Source: Minisyncoccota bacterium (GTDB lineage Bacteria > Patescibacteriota > Minisyncoccia > Phycocordibacterales > JABMNX01). Taken from it: 64,000 bases of DNA. Position numbers and translations under genes: made by a program. Position 1 is the first letter of the stretch; the number at the start of each line of letters is the position of its first letter. Below, piece after piece: positions 8,401 to 19,267 of this stretch. Location: NCBI GenBank assembly GCA_965222715.1, contig OZ244961.1, positions 268,609-332,608 on the forward strand, written 5' to 3'. A model generated the notes under the pieces. That model was not told where the DNA came from, did no database searches, and saw nothing but the letters and a program-made list of their open reading frames with translations.

Positions 8401-9588
8401 ATGCGTCTTTTCCGTAATGCTCTTCGTATTCTTCACTACAAACGTGGCAATAGACCGGTAGTTATTTTAGATATAGGTAGTTCAAGTGTTGCCGCCGCGG
8501 TAGTATCTTTTTCTGATAACGTACCACATATCGAATGTTGTGTTCGTAAGTATGTTCCGTTTCAAGATCAGGTTGATGAAAATCGCTTTGCACCACTTTT
8601 GGGTGAAGTACTTGAATCAGTTATACAGACTATACATAAAGAAGGCTTGTGTGTAAGCGACACCTTTCTTGTGCCTAGAGAAATTGTATGTGTACTTTCT
8701 TCACCGTGGCACGATACTGAGACACTCACCGCTTCCTTTGAACAACAAAAACCATTTCGAGTGACTGAAAAGGTAATGGATAATCTTATTGCGCAAATTG
8801 AATCACAAAGAGGAAGTACGGAAGGTAGCACCATTATTGAAGATAAGATAATACATTCTGCTCTTAACGGATACACAACCCAAAGTCCACTGGGAAAAAC
8901 AGCAAGTCGGATATCTGTCACCTTTCTCAGAAGCACCGCAACAACAGCAATTCATAATAAAGTAACAGAGGTTGTTGAAAAATCATTTGGTGGAGATATA
9001 CCAATTGAATTTCGATCATTCACTCTTGCATCATTCTCTGTAGTTCGCGATCTTTTTGGTGATGTAAAAGATTGTATGTTAGTTGATGTTACCGGAGAGG
9101 TAACTGGCATGTATGTTGTACGAGAATCAGTTCTTGGAGATACGCTCTCATTTCCATATGGACAAAACACCATCATTCGTCACATTACACAAAAAAGAGG
9201 GGGTGTTCCTGAAGACACTCATTCACAAATCAAACTATACTTCAGTAATAAAGAAGGTCCTATGAGTGATTACCTCATTGAAGAAGAAAAACAGTGGGTG
9301 GAAATGTTTGGTAAGAGCTGCGGTGAACTTGCAACAGAATCAGAGCCACTTCCTGAGCGAGTATTTCTTGTAACAAGTGCTGAGTTTGAAAAATGGTTTA
9401 CTGAAATGATTGGTCGGGTTGATTTCAGTCAATTTACTGCGACTCGCGATGTGTTTAAAGTAGAACCTCTTATGTCAGCTAAAGTATCGGACTTATGTAA
9501 GTATAAAGAAGGGGTTCCTCGTGATAGTTTTATTTCTACTGCTGCTCTTTTTTACAATAAAGAGTACAATAACCCACATGCTCGTTAG
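8401..9588 (+). CDS. FtsA/PilM-like actin-fold protein of unknown function
   Basis: LDIGSSSV phosphate-1 motif, LVDVTGEVT phosphate-2-like motif, LNGY. Confidence 0.6.
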   Translation: MRLFRNALRILHYKRGNRPVVILDIGSSSVAAAVVSFSDNVPHIECCVRKYVPFQDQVDENRFAPLLGEVLESVIQTIHKEGLCVSDTFLVPREIVCVLSSPWHDTETLTASFEQQKPFRVTEKVMDNLIAQIESQRGSTEGSTIIEDKIIHSALNGYTTQSPLGKTASRISVTFLRSTATTAIHNKVTEVVEKSFGGDIPIEFRSFTLASFSVVRDLFGDVKDCMLVDVTGEVTGMYVVRESVLGDTLSFPYGQNTIIRHITQKRGGVPEDTHSQIKLYFSNKEGPMSDYLIEEEKQWVEMFGKSCGELATESEPLPERVFLVTSAEFEKWFTEMIGRVDFSQFTATRDVFKVEPLMSAKVSDLCKYKEGVPRDSFISTAALFYNKEYNNPHAR

Positions 9589-9623
9589 TAGAAAATGGTG
9601 TGATATAGTGTAAGATATATAGT

Positions 9624-10928
9624 ATGAAGAAGCATATTGATGACATCATTCCTCCTGAAGATCGTTCGATTCGTAACGTGTCAGTAAGTAGAGAGGGTCG
9701 CCGCCGTTCCCAGCGTCAACGACCTCAAGAAGAACACACACCATCTCCAGCCCGTCGTGAACGACATGATGTATATCGACGGCGAAAAGCACCACGATGG
9801 GGTTTGTGGGTTATTAGTGGCGTTGCGGTTCTTGCAGTGCTTATATTTGGTCTTTCATTTCTCTTCTCTGGAGCAAAAGTTATTGTGACACCAAAACAAC
9901 GCACAGTGCCAATTGCTGCCGAATTTCAAGCAAGTCGTACTCCAAGTCTCACCGAGCTTGGATATGAGGTGATGACTATTGAGCGAGAAGGTTCTCGTGA
10001 AGTTTCAGCAAGTGGAGAAGAGTATGTAGAAGAAAAGGCGTCTGGTACAATCATTGTCTATAATAATTTTAATTCATCAGATCAGCGCCTTATAAAAAAT
10101 ACTCGCTTTGAGTCTCCAGACGGCAAAATCTATCGTATTAATGAGTCAATTGTGGTACCTGGTCAAAGAACTGAAGGCAACACTACGGTACCCGGAAGCA
10201 TAGAAGCTGTTGTGTATGCAGACGAAGTGGGTGAAGAATACAATATTGGTCTCACCGACTTCACCATTCCTGGTTTTGAGGGGTCTCCACGGTTTGAAGG
10301 ATTTTACGCTCGCTCAAAAACAGCAATGACAGGAGGATTTGTTGGAGAAAAGAAGATTGTACAAGAAGCAGATGAGGTGCGTGCGCGCGAAGAGATTCAA
10401 AGAGATATTCGTGAGCAGATTTCACAAGAAGCACTAGCACAAAAACCTGAAGGTTTTGAATTGTTCGAGAATGGCACCTTTATTGTTTTCACTTCGCTTC
10501 CTAATCAAGAGAAGGGTAACGATGCTGTTATTCGAGAAAAGGCAACACTATATGGTGTACTCTTTAAGCAAGAAGCCTTTGCTGCATTTCTCGCAGAAAA
10601 TACTGTTGCAGGATATAACGATGGGGATAGTGTCCGTATCACCAACCCACAAGATCTGAATTTCACTATACTCAATAAGAGTGAGCAAGAGCCATGGAAC
10701 GACAATGCGTTCCAATTTGAAATTGATGGTACTGCTCATATTGTGTGGGAATTTGATTCACAGCAACTCAAAAATGACCTTATTGGTAAGTCAAAAGATG
10801 CCTTTACCACAGTCCTTACCGGCTATCCAAGTATTGAAGAAGCACAAATTATACTAAGACCATTCTGGAGACAGACATTTCCAGAAGAAATTGAAGATAT
10901 AAAGGTCACCACTATTATTGATAAATAA
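9624..10928 (+). CDS. Single-pass membrane protein with large extracellular domain (baseplate-J-like region)
   Basis: Basic disordered N-terminus, one TM, then KASGTIIVYN..LIKNTRF..VVPG..GEEYNIG..FTIPGF..MTGG. Confidence 0.6.
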   Translation: MKKHIDDIIPPEDRSIRNVSVSREGRRRSQRQRPQEEHTPSPARRERHDVYRRRKAPRWGLWVISGVAVLAVLIFGLSFLFSGAKVIVTPKQRTVPIAAEFQASRTPSLTELGYEVMTIEREGSREVSASGEEYVEEKASGTIIVYNNFNSSDQRLIKNTRFESPDGKIYRINESIVVPGQRTEGNTTVPGSIEAVVYADEVGEEYNIGLTDFTIPGFEGSPRFEGFYARSKTAMTGGFVGEKKIVQEADEVRAREEIQRDIREQISQEALAQKPEGFELFENGTFIVFTSLPNQEKGNDAVIREKATLYGVLFKQEAFAAFLAENTVAGYNDGDSVRITNPQDLNFTILNKSEQEPWNDNAFQFEIDGTAHIVWEFDSQQLKNDLIGKSKDAFTTVLTGYPSIEEAQIILRPFWRQTFPEEIEDIKVTTIIDK

Positions 10929-11002
10929 TAAGAAAATACGCACAGAACGCCCTTGACGCCCTATGTGGGTATCTGGTAGTATGTGCACACTCCGTATAGG
11001 CA

Positions 11003-11245
11003 ATGACTCTGTCGAAACATAACGCACAAAACAACGCAAACGAAAAAGAATCAGTTACTGGGGTGGTTGATGAAGCCCTCCCGAACACACTCTTTAGAGT
11101 TACCCTAGACGAGAGCGGCGAGCAGTTACTTACGTACCTTTCAGGTAAAATGCGTAGGTACCGTATCAAGGTTCTTGTTGGTGATAAGGTTTTGGTTGAA
11201 CTAGAGCCTTACGGAGGGAAAGGAAGAATTATAAAGCGCTTGTAG
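11003..11245 (+). CDS. infA: Translation initiation factor IF-1
   Basis: [32 protein letters not shown]. Confidence 0.95.
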   Translation: MTLSKHNAQNNANEKESVTGVVDEALPNTLFRVTLDESGEQLLTYLSGKMRRYRIKVLVGDKVLVELEPYGGKGRIIKRL

Positions 11246-11308
11246 TTGGTTACGATTGAGTACCGCTTCTACCACTTTGTTTGAGCGCAATTTTTTGTTG
11301 TGTACACA

Positions 11309-11422
11309 ATGAAAGTTAAAGCATCAGTTAAAAAAATTTGTTCAAAGTGTCAAACAGTGCGCCGTAAAGGTCGTTTGTATGTTATCTGTTCTGATCCTCG
11401 TCACAAACAACGACAAGGTTAA
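11309..11422 (+). CDS. rpmJ: 50S ribosomal protein L36 (below ORF-track cutoff)
   Basis: Manual translation [37 protein letters not shown], Zn-ribbon type, canonical position. Confidence 0.97.
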   Translation: MKVKASVKKICSKCQTVRRKGRLYVICSDPRHKQRQG

Positions 11423-11430
11423 TTATTTTT

Positions 11431-11811
11431 ATGCGAATTTCCGGAATTACAATACCAGATAACAAACGACTCGAGATTGGCCTCACTGCTGTTTTTGGTG
11501 TTGGTCGTGCGCAAGCACTTTCAGTTCTTAGCGAGACTAAGGTTGATCCAGGTAAAAAGCCAGGTGATTTAACTGCTGATGAAGAAAGTGCAATTCGACA
11601 AAAAATTGAATCATTTGTTATCGAAGGTGAGTTAAAGCGAGAAATTTCTGGAAACATTAAACGATTGAAAGACATTAATGCGTTTCGTGGCGTACGGCAC
11701 AGTAGAAATCTTCCTGTTCGCGGACAGCGTACAAAAACAAACTCACGTACTGTTCGGGGTAACAAACGAAAAACAATGAGTTCAGGACGTCGTACTGTAG
11801 AAAAGAAGTAG
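11431..11811 (+). CDS. rpsM: 30S ribosomal protein S13
   Basis: RISGITIP, LPVRGQRTKTNSRT. Confidence 0.97.
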   Translation: MRISGITIPDNKRLEIGLTAVFGVGRAQALSVLSETKVDPGKKPGDLTADEESAIRQKIESFVIEGELKREISGNIKRLKDINAFRGVRHSRNLPVRGQRTKTNSRTVRGNKRKTMSSGRRTVEKK

Positions 11812-11812
11812 T

Positions 11813-12247
11813 ATGGGAAAGAAACGAATTATTAAAAAATCTGGAGGTGAGGTAAATGCAGGATTAAAATCCCGATCTCTTTCTCGTACACCACGCAAAA
11901 AACTTGATAAAGGAGTGCTCCATATTCAAGCAACCTACAACAACACCAAGTTACTCCTCTCTGATACTAAAGGGAATGCAGTAGTATGGTCTTCAAGTGG
12001 TTCACTTGGTTTTAAAGGAGCAAAAAAGGGGACACCATTTGCTGCAGCTAAAGTAGGAGAGTTAGTTGGCGAAAAAGGACATATGATGGGTCTTAAGAGT
12101 GTTGACGTCATTATGCGTGGTGTTGGTTCAGGTCGTGAGTCATCGCTTCGTGGTTTTACTTCAAAAGGTATTGACGTAAGTAGCATTAAAGATATGACCC
12201 CAGTACCATTTAATGGAACACGACCTAAGAAACCACGACGTGTGTAA
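11813..12247 (+). CDS. rpsK: 30S ribosomal protein S11
   Basis: HIQATYNNT, GFKGAKKGTPFAA, GVGSGRE, PKKPRRV. Confidence 0.97.
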   Translation: MGKKRIIKKSGGEVNAGLKSRSLSRTPRKKLDKGVLHIQATYNNTKLLLSDTKGNAVVWSSSGSLGFKGAKKGTPFAAAKVGELVGEKGHMMGLKSVDVIMRGVGSGRESSLRGFTSKGIDVSSIKDMTPVPFNGTRPKKPRRV

Positions 12248-12263
12248 GGTGAATATACGTAAT

Positions 12264-12872
12264 ATGAAAATTGGACCAAAATATAAAATAGGAAAACGAT
12301 TAGGAGCAAGTGTGTTTGAAAAATGTCAGACACAAAAGTTTGTGCTTTCAGAGGAGCGCTCAAAAAAACGTCGCGGTTCTCGTCCACGACAGCTTTCAGA
12401 TTTTGGTAAGCAACTTCTTGAGAAACAAAAAGTACGATACACCTACGGGGTAAGTGAAAAACAACTTTCACGGTACGTTGCTGAAGCAGTTGAGACAAAG
12501 ACAGATCCTATGAATAAACTCTTCCAAACGCTTGAAATGCGTCTTGATAATGTTGTGTACCGTCTTGGTATTGCACCAACCCGACAGTTTGCACGTCAGA
12601 TGGTATCTCATGGACACATTATAGTGGGGGGTACACGAGTTACTGTACCTTCATACCAAACAAGCGTTGGTGAGGTTATTACTGTAAAAGAAGGTAGTAG
12701 AGAAAAAGGTCTTTTTGCACACCTTGAAGAATATCTGAAGAACTACAGTACACCGAAATGGTTGAAATTTGATGCAAAGAAATGGGAGGGTTCAATCACG
12801 TCAGTTCCTGAGCTTATTGCTGGTGAAACTGCATTTGATCTTGAGCTTGTTCTCGAATTTTATAGTAGATAG
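12264..12872 (+). CDS. rpsD: 30S ribosomal protein S4
   Basis: SDFGKQLLEKQK, LEMRLDNVVYRLG, ARQMVSHGH, EFYSR. Confidence 0.97.
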   Translation: MKIGPKYKIGKRLGASVFEKCQTQKFVLSEERSKKRRGSRPRQLSDFGKQLLEKQKVRYTYGVSEKQLSRYVAEAVETKTDPMNKLFQTLEMRLDNVVYRLGIAPTRQFARQMVSHGHIIVGGTRVTVPSYQTSVGEVITVKEGSREKGLFAHLEEYLKNYSTPKWLKFDAKKWEGSITSVPELIAGETAFDLELVLEFYSR

Positions 12873-12900
12873 TTATTTAGTAATCATTAACACATATACT

Positions 12901-13863
12901 ATGTCAGATTATAACGTTACACTTCCATCAAAACCGCGAATCGTATCCGAAAAAGAGTTCGGAGGCGTGTATGAAATTGATGGACTTTATCCAGGGTATG
13001 GTCACACACTTGGCAACTCACTTCGTCGTATCATTCTTTCATCACTTCCTGGAGCAGCAATCACTTCAGTAAAAATTGATGGAGTACAACACGAGTTTTC
13101 AACCATAGAGGGTGTAAAAGAAGATGTCATTACCATCTTACTTAATCTTAAGCGAGTGCGTATTAAGATGCTCACCGACGAGCCACAACAGATTAAAATT
13201 GATGTAAAAGGACCTAAGACGGTCACCGCTGGTGATATTGAAGTGCCAGGTCAAGTAGAGGTGCTTAATCCTGAGCAACACATTGCAGAAGTAACCGGTT
13301 CAAACACTCCATTTTCTGTTGAGATGACTGTAGAGCGTGGATTGGGGTACGTTGCAAAAGAAGTACTACAAAAAGAGCGTGTTGATGTGGGAGTTATCTC
13401 ACTTGACGCAATTTTTACTCCAATTCGACGAGTAAATTATGAAGTTGAGAACATGCGTATTGGCGACCGAACTGACTTTAATCGGTTACGTCTATTTATT
13501 GAGACTGACGGAACATTAACGGCAAAAGAAGCTCTTGAGAAGGCAATTGAGATAATGATTAATCAACTAAAGGCTGTGGTTGGTTTCAAGGAAGAGGAGA
13601 TTGAGCTTCCTCAAGAAGAAGAAAAAGAAGAAGAAAAGGAAGAAGATAAAAAAGAGGTAGACTCTGAATTCCTTAAAACACGCATTGATGACCTTGAACT
13701 TTCAGCGCGAACCGCAAACTCTCTTGATGGAGCAAACATTCGAACAGTGGGTGGTTTAGTACGAAAACGAGAAGAAGATATTCTTGCTATTGAGGGAATT
13801 GGACAAAAGGGACTCCAAGAAATCAAACGAGCACTAAGTAACTTTGGTGTTACTCTTAAATAA
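12901..13863 (+). CDS. rpoA: RNA polymerase alpha subunit
   Basis: GYGHTLGNSLRRIILSSLPGAA, HEFSTIEGVKED, C-terminal alpha-CTD; start at ATG 12901. Confidence 0.97.
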   Translation: MSDYNVTLPSKPRIVSEKEFGGVYEIDGLYPGYGHTLGNSLRRIILSSLPGAAITSVKIDGVQHEFSTIEGVKEDVITILLNLKRVRIKMLTDEPQQIKIDVKGPKTVTAGDIEVPGQVEVLNPEQHIAEVTGSNTPFSVEMTVERGLGYVAKEVLQKERVDVGVISLDAIFTPIRRVNYEVENMRIGDRTDFNRLRLFIETDGTLTAKEALEKAIEIMINQLKAVVGFKEEEIELPQEEEKEEEKEEDKKEVDSEFLKTRIDDLELSARTANSLDGANIRTVGGLVRKREEDILAIEGIGQKGLQEIKRALSNFGVTLK

Positions 13864-13868
13864 GGTAT

Positions 13869-14222
13869 ATGAATCACACTGCACACGGAAGAAAATTTGG
13901 ACGAGAGCGAAAGGTACGAGTAGCACTTGTGCGTTCTCTTGCGCGGGCACTGATTCTTAATGAAAAGATTGAGACAACTGAAGCAAAGGCACGTGAAGTG
14001 CAACGTTTTGTAGAGAAACTCGTTACCAAAAGCAATAAAGGTACTATGGCTTCACAGCGTCTCATTGTCTCTCGACTAGGTGGCGAGGAAAAAGTAGCAA
14101 AAAAGCTTCGTGAAGATATCGCGCCTCGATATGCTGAACGTGCTGGTGGATATACCCGCATCATAAAAGTACGTACACCATCGGTTGATGCGCGTAAGCG
14201 GGCTGTAATTGAATTTGTATAG
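13869..14222 (+). CDS. rplQ: 50S ribosomal protein L17
   Basis: RKFGR, IETTEAKARE, RAGGYTRIIK. Confidence 0.95.
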   Translation: MNHTAHGRKFGRERKVRVALVRSLARALILNEKIETTEAKAREVQRFVEKLVTKSNKGTMASQRLIVSRLGGEEKVAKKLREDIAPRYAERAGGYTRIIKVRTPSVDARKRAVIEFV

Positions 14223-14224
14223 AT

Positions 14225-14566
14225 ATGGAATACGTAATTGATGCACAAGGAAAGAATATTGGACGAGTTGCAAGCGAAGCAGCACATGTGCTTATGGGTA
14301 AAAACGACCCGTCGTTTGAAAAACATACTGTATCTGAAACAGTAGTGAAAATTACTAATAGTGATAAACTTGCTATTTCACAAAAAAAAGCAGAAGAGAA
14401 GGTGTATGATCGCTACTCTGGACACCCCGGTGGACGAAAAGTAGAAACACTTGAAGAGGTTGTTGCCAAAAAAGGTCACGAAGAAATACTACGGAAGGCA
14501 GTGTATGGTATGCTTCCAGGTAATAAATTACGAGCACGAATGATGAAACATCTTATTATTGAATAA
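14225..14566 (+). CDS. rplM: 50S ribosomal protein L13 (short form)
   Basis: VIDAQGKNIGRVAS, YSGHPGG, AVYGMLP. Confidence 0.95.
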   Translation: MEYVIDAQGKNIGRVASEAAHVLMGKNDPSFEKHTVSETVVKITNSDKLAISQKKAEEKVYDRYSGHPGGRKVETLEEVVAKKGHEEILRKAVYGMLPGNKLRARMMKHLIIE

Positions 14567-14568
14567 TT

Positions 14569-14979
14569 ATGGCTGACACAACACACAAAGAAACATATAT
14601 TGAAACAGTAGGGCGTCGCAAGACAGCTGCTGCTCGTGTGCGTATCTCAAAAGCAGCAAAAACTGATGTCGTGGTGAATGAAAAACCATATACAGAATAT
14701 TTCCCAACATCAGAACTCCAAAAAATTATAACAGACGCCTTTACACTCGCAGGTGACGACGCATCTTTTGTGGTTACCGCAAAAGTAAAAGGTGGAGGCA
14801 TTCATGCTCAGGCTGAAGCAGTGCGTCACGGCATCGCCCGGGGGCTTGTTGAGTATAATGCTGAGTTACGAAAAGAGCTCAAGCGAGCCGGCTACATTAA
14901 GCGAGATCCACGGATGAAAGAGCGGAAGAAATTCGGTTTACGAAAAGCTCGACGTGCACCACAGTGGAGTAAACGGTAG
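14569..14979 (+). CDS. rpsI: 30S ribosomal protein S9
   Basis: GRRKTAAARV, GGGIHAQAEAVRHG, ERKKFGLRKARRAPQWSKR. Confidence 0.97.
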   Translation: MADTTHKETYIETVGRRKTAAARVRISKAAKTDVVVNEKPYTEYFPTSELQKIITDAFTLAGDDASFVVTAKVKGGGIHAQAEAVRHGIARGLVEYNAELRKELKRAGYIKRDPRMKERKKFGLRKARRAPQWSKR

Positions 14980-15047
14980 TAGAGTACACCTTTACTACAG
15001 TTCGGTAACTCCTTTTATTGTATAGTTAGTATTTTCTTTACGCCGCT

Positions 15048-15629
15048 ATGCCAAAGAAAAAAGAAACAAAAGTTGACACAGAAAAAAAGAAAGAGCATAC
15101 TGTCGATGAAGAATTTGTGATCGAGGATGACATTCAAGGAGAGGAACGTAAGCTCGTTACAATCAGAAAAAAACTAAAAGAGTGTGAAAAAGAACGCCAA
15201 GAGTATCTCGCTGGCTGGCAACGCGCTCGAGCAGACGCTATAAACAAAGCGCAGGAGGCGACTCTTGAGAAACAGCAAGCAGTAACTCGAGCTGTTGATG
15301 AGGTGTACACGTCACTCTTCCCAATATTAGACAGTTTTGATATGGCTTTTTCAAATAAAAAGCTTTGGGAGAAAGTGGATGAAGTATGGCGTACCGGCGT
15401 TGAGCATATCTACACTCAAATGACTCGATCACTACAGGACGCTGGAATTACTGAGATTGAAGCAGAGGGAGCGGTATTTAATCCAACTCTCCATGAACCA
15501 GTTGATACAGAAAAGGTTGATACAAAAGACAAGGACGGAATTATTCTTACAGTGTTACAAAAGGGGTATACAAGTAAGAATCGGGTACTACGTCCAGCAA
15601 AGGTAATTATTGGCACATATAACAAGTAA
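15048..15629 (+). CDS. grpE: Nucleotide exchange factor GrpE
   Basis: Coiled coil, [21 protein letters not shown]; directly upstream of dnaK. Confidence 0.92.
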   Translation: MPKKKETKVDTEKKKEHTVDEEFVIEDDIQGEERKLVTIRKKLKECEKERQEYLAGWQRARADAINKAQEATLEKQQAVTRAVDEVYTSLFPILDSFDMAFSNKKLWEKVDEVWRTGVEHIYTQMTRSLQDAGITEIEAEGAVFNPTLHEPVDTEKVDTKDKDGIILTVLQKGYTSKNRVLRPAKVIIGTYNK

Positions 15630-15633
15630 TACT

Positions 15634-17535
15634 ATGGGAAAAATTTTAGGAATCGATCTTGGAACAACAAACTCAGCAATTGCATATACTGACGGAGGAG
15701 AACCGAAGGTAATTGAAAATGCTGAAGGAGGACGAACCACCCCTTCAGTGGTTGCAGTATCAAAGACAGGTGAACGACTTGTTGGTGTGCTTGCGCGCCG
15801 ACAAGCTGTAACAAACCCACAAAATACTATCTACGGCATTAAGCGTTTCATTGGTCATCGTTTTTCTGATAAGGCAGTACAGAAAGATCTAAAAAACATT
15901 CCGTATCAAATAAAAGAATCAAAAGAGGGGGGTGTACTGGTTGAGCTCAATGAAAAAGAGTATCGGCCAGAAGAAATTTCTGCAATGCTTTTGCAAAAAC
16001 TAAAACAAGATGCAGAAGCAAAAATGGGAGAGAAGGTGACTGAGGCAATCATCACTGTTCCTGCATATTTTGATGATGCACAAAGAAAAGCAACAAAGGA
16101 TGCGGGGAAGATTGCTGGTCTTGATGTGAAGAGAATCATTAACGAACCAACTGCAGCCGCTCTTGCTTATGGATTTAATAAGAAAAAAGATGAACAAATT
16201 GTCGTATACGACTTTGGTGGTGGTACCTTTGACATCTCAGTACTTGAGGTGGGTGATGAAGTGATTGAAGTAAAAGCAACTGATGGTGATTCACACATGG
16301 GTGGTCGTGACATAGACCAAGAAATTATTAATTGGATTGTTGAAGAATTTAAAAAGGAAAGTGGTGTAGATGTGTCAAAGGATCCACTTGCATTGCAACG
16401 ACTTGATGAGGCAGCAGAGAAGGCAAAAATTGAACTTTCAACCGCAACCGAGTCAGAGATTAATATTCCATTCATAACTTCTGATGCCTCAGGTCCTAAA
16501 CACCTTTTGCTTAAGTTAAGTCGAGCAAAATTAGAAGAATTAGCAAAAGAGTATATTGATCGTTCTATTGAAATCACCAAAAGAGCAATTGAAGCGTCAC
16601 CATTTGAGATTAAAGATATAGACGAGGTTATCCTTGTTGGTGGTCAGACACGCATGCCAGCTATTTCAAACAGAGTAAAAGAGCTCTTTAGCAAAGAGCC
16701 AAATAAGTCAATTAATCCTGATGAGGTGGTTGCGCTTGGTGCTGCAATCCAAGCCGGTATTATGCAGGGTGATGTGAAAGACGTACTTCTTTTAGACGTT
16801 ATTCCACTCTCTCTTGGTATTGAAACGCTTGGGGGTGTTGCAACAAAATTAATTGAACGAAACACCACCATACCAACCTCAAAATCACAAACGTTTTCAA
16901 CCGCTGCTGATAACCAAACATCAGTTGAGGTACATATTACTCAAGGAGAACGTGCAATGGCATCTGACAACAAAAGCCTCGGTCGCTTTATTCTTGAAGG
17001 TATTCCACCTGCGCCAAGAGGAACTCCTCAGGTTGAGGTGACGTTTGATATCGATGCAAACGGTATACTCAATGTAACTGCAAAAGATAAAACCTCAGGT
17101 AAGGAGCAGTCTATACGCATTGAGGCAAGCTCAGGACTGAGCGAAGAAGATATAGAAAAAATGAAGCAAGATGCCGAAAGTCACGCTTCAGAAGATGAGA
17201 AAAAGAAGTCATTGGTTGAAGCTCGTAACATTGCTGAGCAACTTATCTACACCGCTGAGCAATCAGTGAAAGAACACGGAGAAAAAGTCTCAGAGGAGGT
17301 AAAAAGTGATGTTGAGGAGAAGATACAGGCACTTAAAGAAAAGAAGGACTTAAATGATCTTGATGCGATAAAGAGTGCAACAGAAGCACTTTCAGGCGCA
17401 CTTCAAAAAATTGGTGAAGCAGTCAGTCAAAACACTAATACACAATCTGAACATACATCTTCAGAAACTGTACACGAGCAACCAGAAGAAGATGCTTCTA
17501 ATGAAAGTAAGGAAGACGAAAACAAGAACTCATAG
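15634..17535 (+). CDS. dnaK: Chaperone DnaK
   Basis: [38 protein letters not shown]. Confidence 0.98.
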   Translation: MGKILGIDLGTTNSAIAYTDGGEPKVIENAEGGRTTPSVVAVSKTGERLVGVLARRQAVTNPQNTIYGIKRFIGHRFSDKAVQKDLKNIPYQIKESKEGGVLVELNEKEYRPEEISAMLLQKLKQDAEAKMGEKVTEAIITVPAYFDDAQRKATKDAGKIAGLDVKRIINEPTAAALAYGFNKKKDEQIVVYDFGGGTFDISVLEVGDEVIEVKATDGDSHMGGRDIDQEIINWIVEEFKKESGVDVSKDPLALQRLDEAAEKAKIELSTATESEINIPFITSDASGPKHLLLKLSRAKLEELAKEYIDRSIEITKRAIEASPFEIKDIDEVILVGGQTRMPAISNRVKELFSKEPNKSINPDEVVALGAAIQAGIMQGDVKDVLLLDVIPLSLGIETLGGVATKLIERNTTIPTSKSQTFSTAADNQTSVEVHITQGERAMASDNKSLGRFILEGIPPAPRGTPQVEVTFDIDANGILNVTAKDKTSGKEQSIRIEASSGLSEEDIEKMKQDAESHASEDEKKKSLVEARNIAEQLIYTAEQSVKEHGEKVSEEVKSDVEEKIQALKEKKDLNDLDAIKSATEALSGALQKIGEAVSQNTNTQSEHTSSETVHEQPEEDASNESKEDENKNS

Positions 17536-17584
17536 CAGTTATTGATTTTATTTTCTTTCTGCGTACACTAGTGTCTATAACTCT

Positions 17585-18649
17585 ATGCAAAAAGATTACT
17601 ATACTATTCTTGGGGTCCAAAAAAATGCCTCAAAAGAGGAAATTAAAAAAGCATTCCGCTCACTAGCGCATAAATATCACCCTGACAAAAAAACAGGTGA
17701 CGAAGCGAAGTTTAAAGAGGTAAGTGAGGCGTACAGCGTACTCTCAAATGATAAAAAACGCGCTGAGTATGACGCATATGGACGCGTATTCTCGGGCGGC
17801 TCAACCGACCAAGGAAATAGTGGTTTTGGTGGTTTTGACTTCTCTGGTTTTCAAAACGGCGGTTTTGATGGTGTAGACCTGGGAGATATTTTCGGAGATA
17901 TTTTCGGAGGTTTTTCTCGAAGAGCGCAGCGAGGAAGAGATATTTCTATTGACCTTGAATTATCATTTAAGGAATCAGTTTTTGGTGTTGAGCGACGTGT
18001 TTTACTTACTAAAACATCACAGTGCGACGCATGTAGTGGTAGTGGTGCCGAAAAAGGCTCTGGTACAGAGACCTGTAGTACCTGCAATGGCAAAGGCAAG
18101 ATTCATGAAAACAAGTCTTCAGTATTTGGAACATTTACGAGTGTACGTGCATGTCAAACATGTCTTGGTACTGGTACGGTGCCAAAAGAAAAATGTAAAA
18201 CCTGTAAAGGTGAGCGTGTAATCCGGAAAGAAGAAGAAATTATAGTTCGCGTACCAGCTGGGATAAACAATGGTGAGATGATTCGCCTCTCAGGAAAGGG
18301 TGAGGCTATTCCTGGAGGTGAAGCAGGCGATTTATACATAAAAATACACGTACATCCACACGAAAGCTTTAAAAAAGAAGGTCAGAATCTCATTACCACA
18401 CTTTCTGTAAAGTTGTCTGATGCCCTCTTGGGTGCTCAATATAATCTTGAAGCACTTGAAGGAGACAGGCTTTCAATAAAAATTCCGCAAGGTGTTGCAA
18501 CAGGTGAAATCATTCGCGTAAAAGGTAGGGGGGTACCATTTGAAAATAGTCGCGGGGACATGCTTGTAAAGATTATTGTTGATATGCCTAAAAAACTTAA
18601 TAAAAAATCGAAAGAAGCTGTTGAACAATTACGAGAAGAAGGTATATAA
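17585..18649 (+). CDS. dnaJ: Chaperone DnaJ
   Basis: J domain HPD, G/F region, four CxxCxGxG-type repeats. Confidence 0.97.
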   Translation: MQKDYYTILGVQKNASKEEIKKAFRSLAHKYHPDKKTGDEAKFKEVSEAYSVLSNDKKRAEYDAYGRVFSGGSTDQGNSGFGGFDFSGFQNGGFDGVDLGDIFGDIFGGFSRRAQRGRDISIDLELSFKESVFGVERRVLLTKTSQCDACSGSGAEKGSGTETCSTCNGKGKIHENKSSVFGTFTSVRACQTCLGTGTVPKEKCKTCKGERVIRKEEEIIVRVPAGINNGEMIRLSGKGEAIPGGEAGDLYIKIHVHPHESFKKEGQNLITTLSVKLSDALLGAQYNLEALEGDRLSIKIPQGVATGEIIRVKGRGVPFENSRGDMLVKIIVDMPKKLNKKSKEAVEQLREEGI

Positions 18650-18679
18650 AGAAACGTGAATCTGTTACTATTATAAGTA

Positions 18680-19180
18680 ATGAACATACTCGACACACTC
18701 TCAGGTGCACTAACAACTGATGTGCTCATTATATTAACAACGTGTGTAGCATTGTTTTGTTTCGCTCTTTTTTATGGGAAAAGTAGGGCAGTAGGACTGC
18801 TGATATCAGTCTATGTAGGTATTATTGGCTTTTTAAGTTTTCCATTTCTTGAAGAAGCAACCCTTCTAAAAAGTTCAGAGGCACAAACCACTCTCTCCCA
18901 CATCGGCCTCTTTGCAGTTGGCGTGTTTATTATTTATACAGTTATTCAAAGATTTATATACGTAGAGTATCCAGCAAGTACATTATTTAGGTTTATTCAC
19001 GCAGGTATTATAGCTGCCTCAACCACGGCGCTCCTTTTTGCGTTTGCGTACCACACCATTCCAGTAGGAACGCTGTATGATTTCAACCAAACAATTGATC
19101 ATCTATTCTCATCAGAGTACTTTTTCTGGTGGCTCGTTGCTCCACTTGGTGGTCTATTCTTTGTGTCACGTGGGTATTAA
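18680..19180 (+). CDS. Hypothetical multi-pass membrane protein
   Basis: 166-aa ORF with about five hydrophobic segments. Confidence 0.7.
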   Translation: MNILDTLSGALTTDVLIILTTCVALFCFALFYGKSRAVGLLISVYVGIIGFLSFPFLEEATLLKSSEAQTTLSHIGLFAVGVFIIYTVIQRFIYVEYPASTLFRFIHAGIIAASTTALLFAFAYHTIPVGTLYDFNQTIDHLFSSEYFFWWLVAPLGGLFFVSRGY

Positions 19181-19267
19181 GTGAGGGAAATATTGACTTT
19201 TTCTTTTTTTATGTTAATCTATATACAGATGAACTTCTAAAACTCTAGATTTGAAAGGAGAGCAGCC

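Noticed and set aside
9624-10928. Prophage or contractile injection system suggested by the baseplate-J-like domain
   Set aside because: No other tail, capsid, terminase or integrase genes nearby, and the protein is membrane anchored
13611-13660. GAA-rich tandem repeat in rpoA
   Set aside because: Encodes the acidic linker between alpha-NTD and alpha-CTD; ordinary low-complexity coding sequence
19200-19222. dif-like site (ttatgttaa), and a similar hint at 48539-48566
   Set aside because: Only one arm resembles dif in each case; both coincide with predicted promoters
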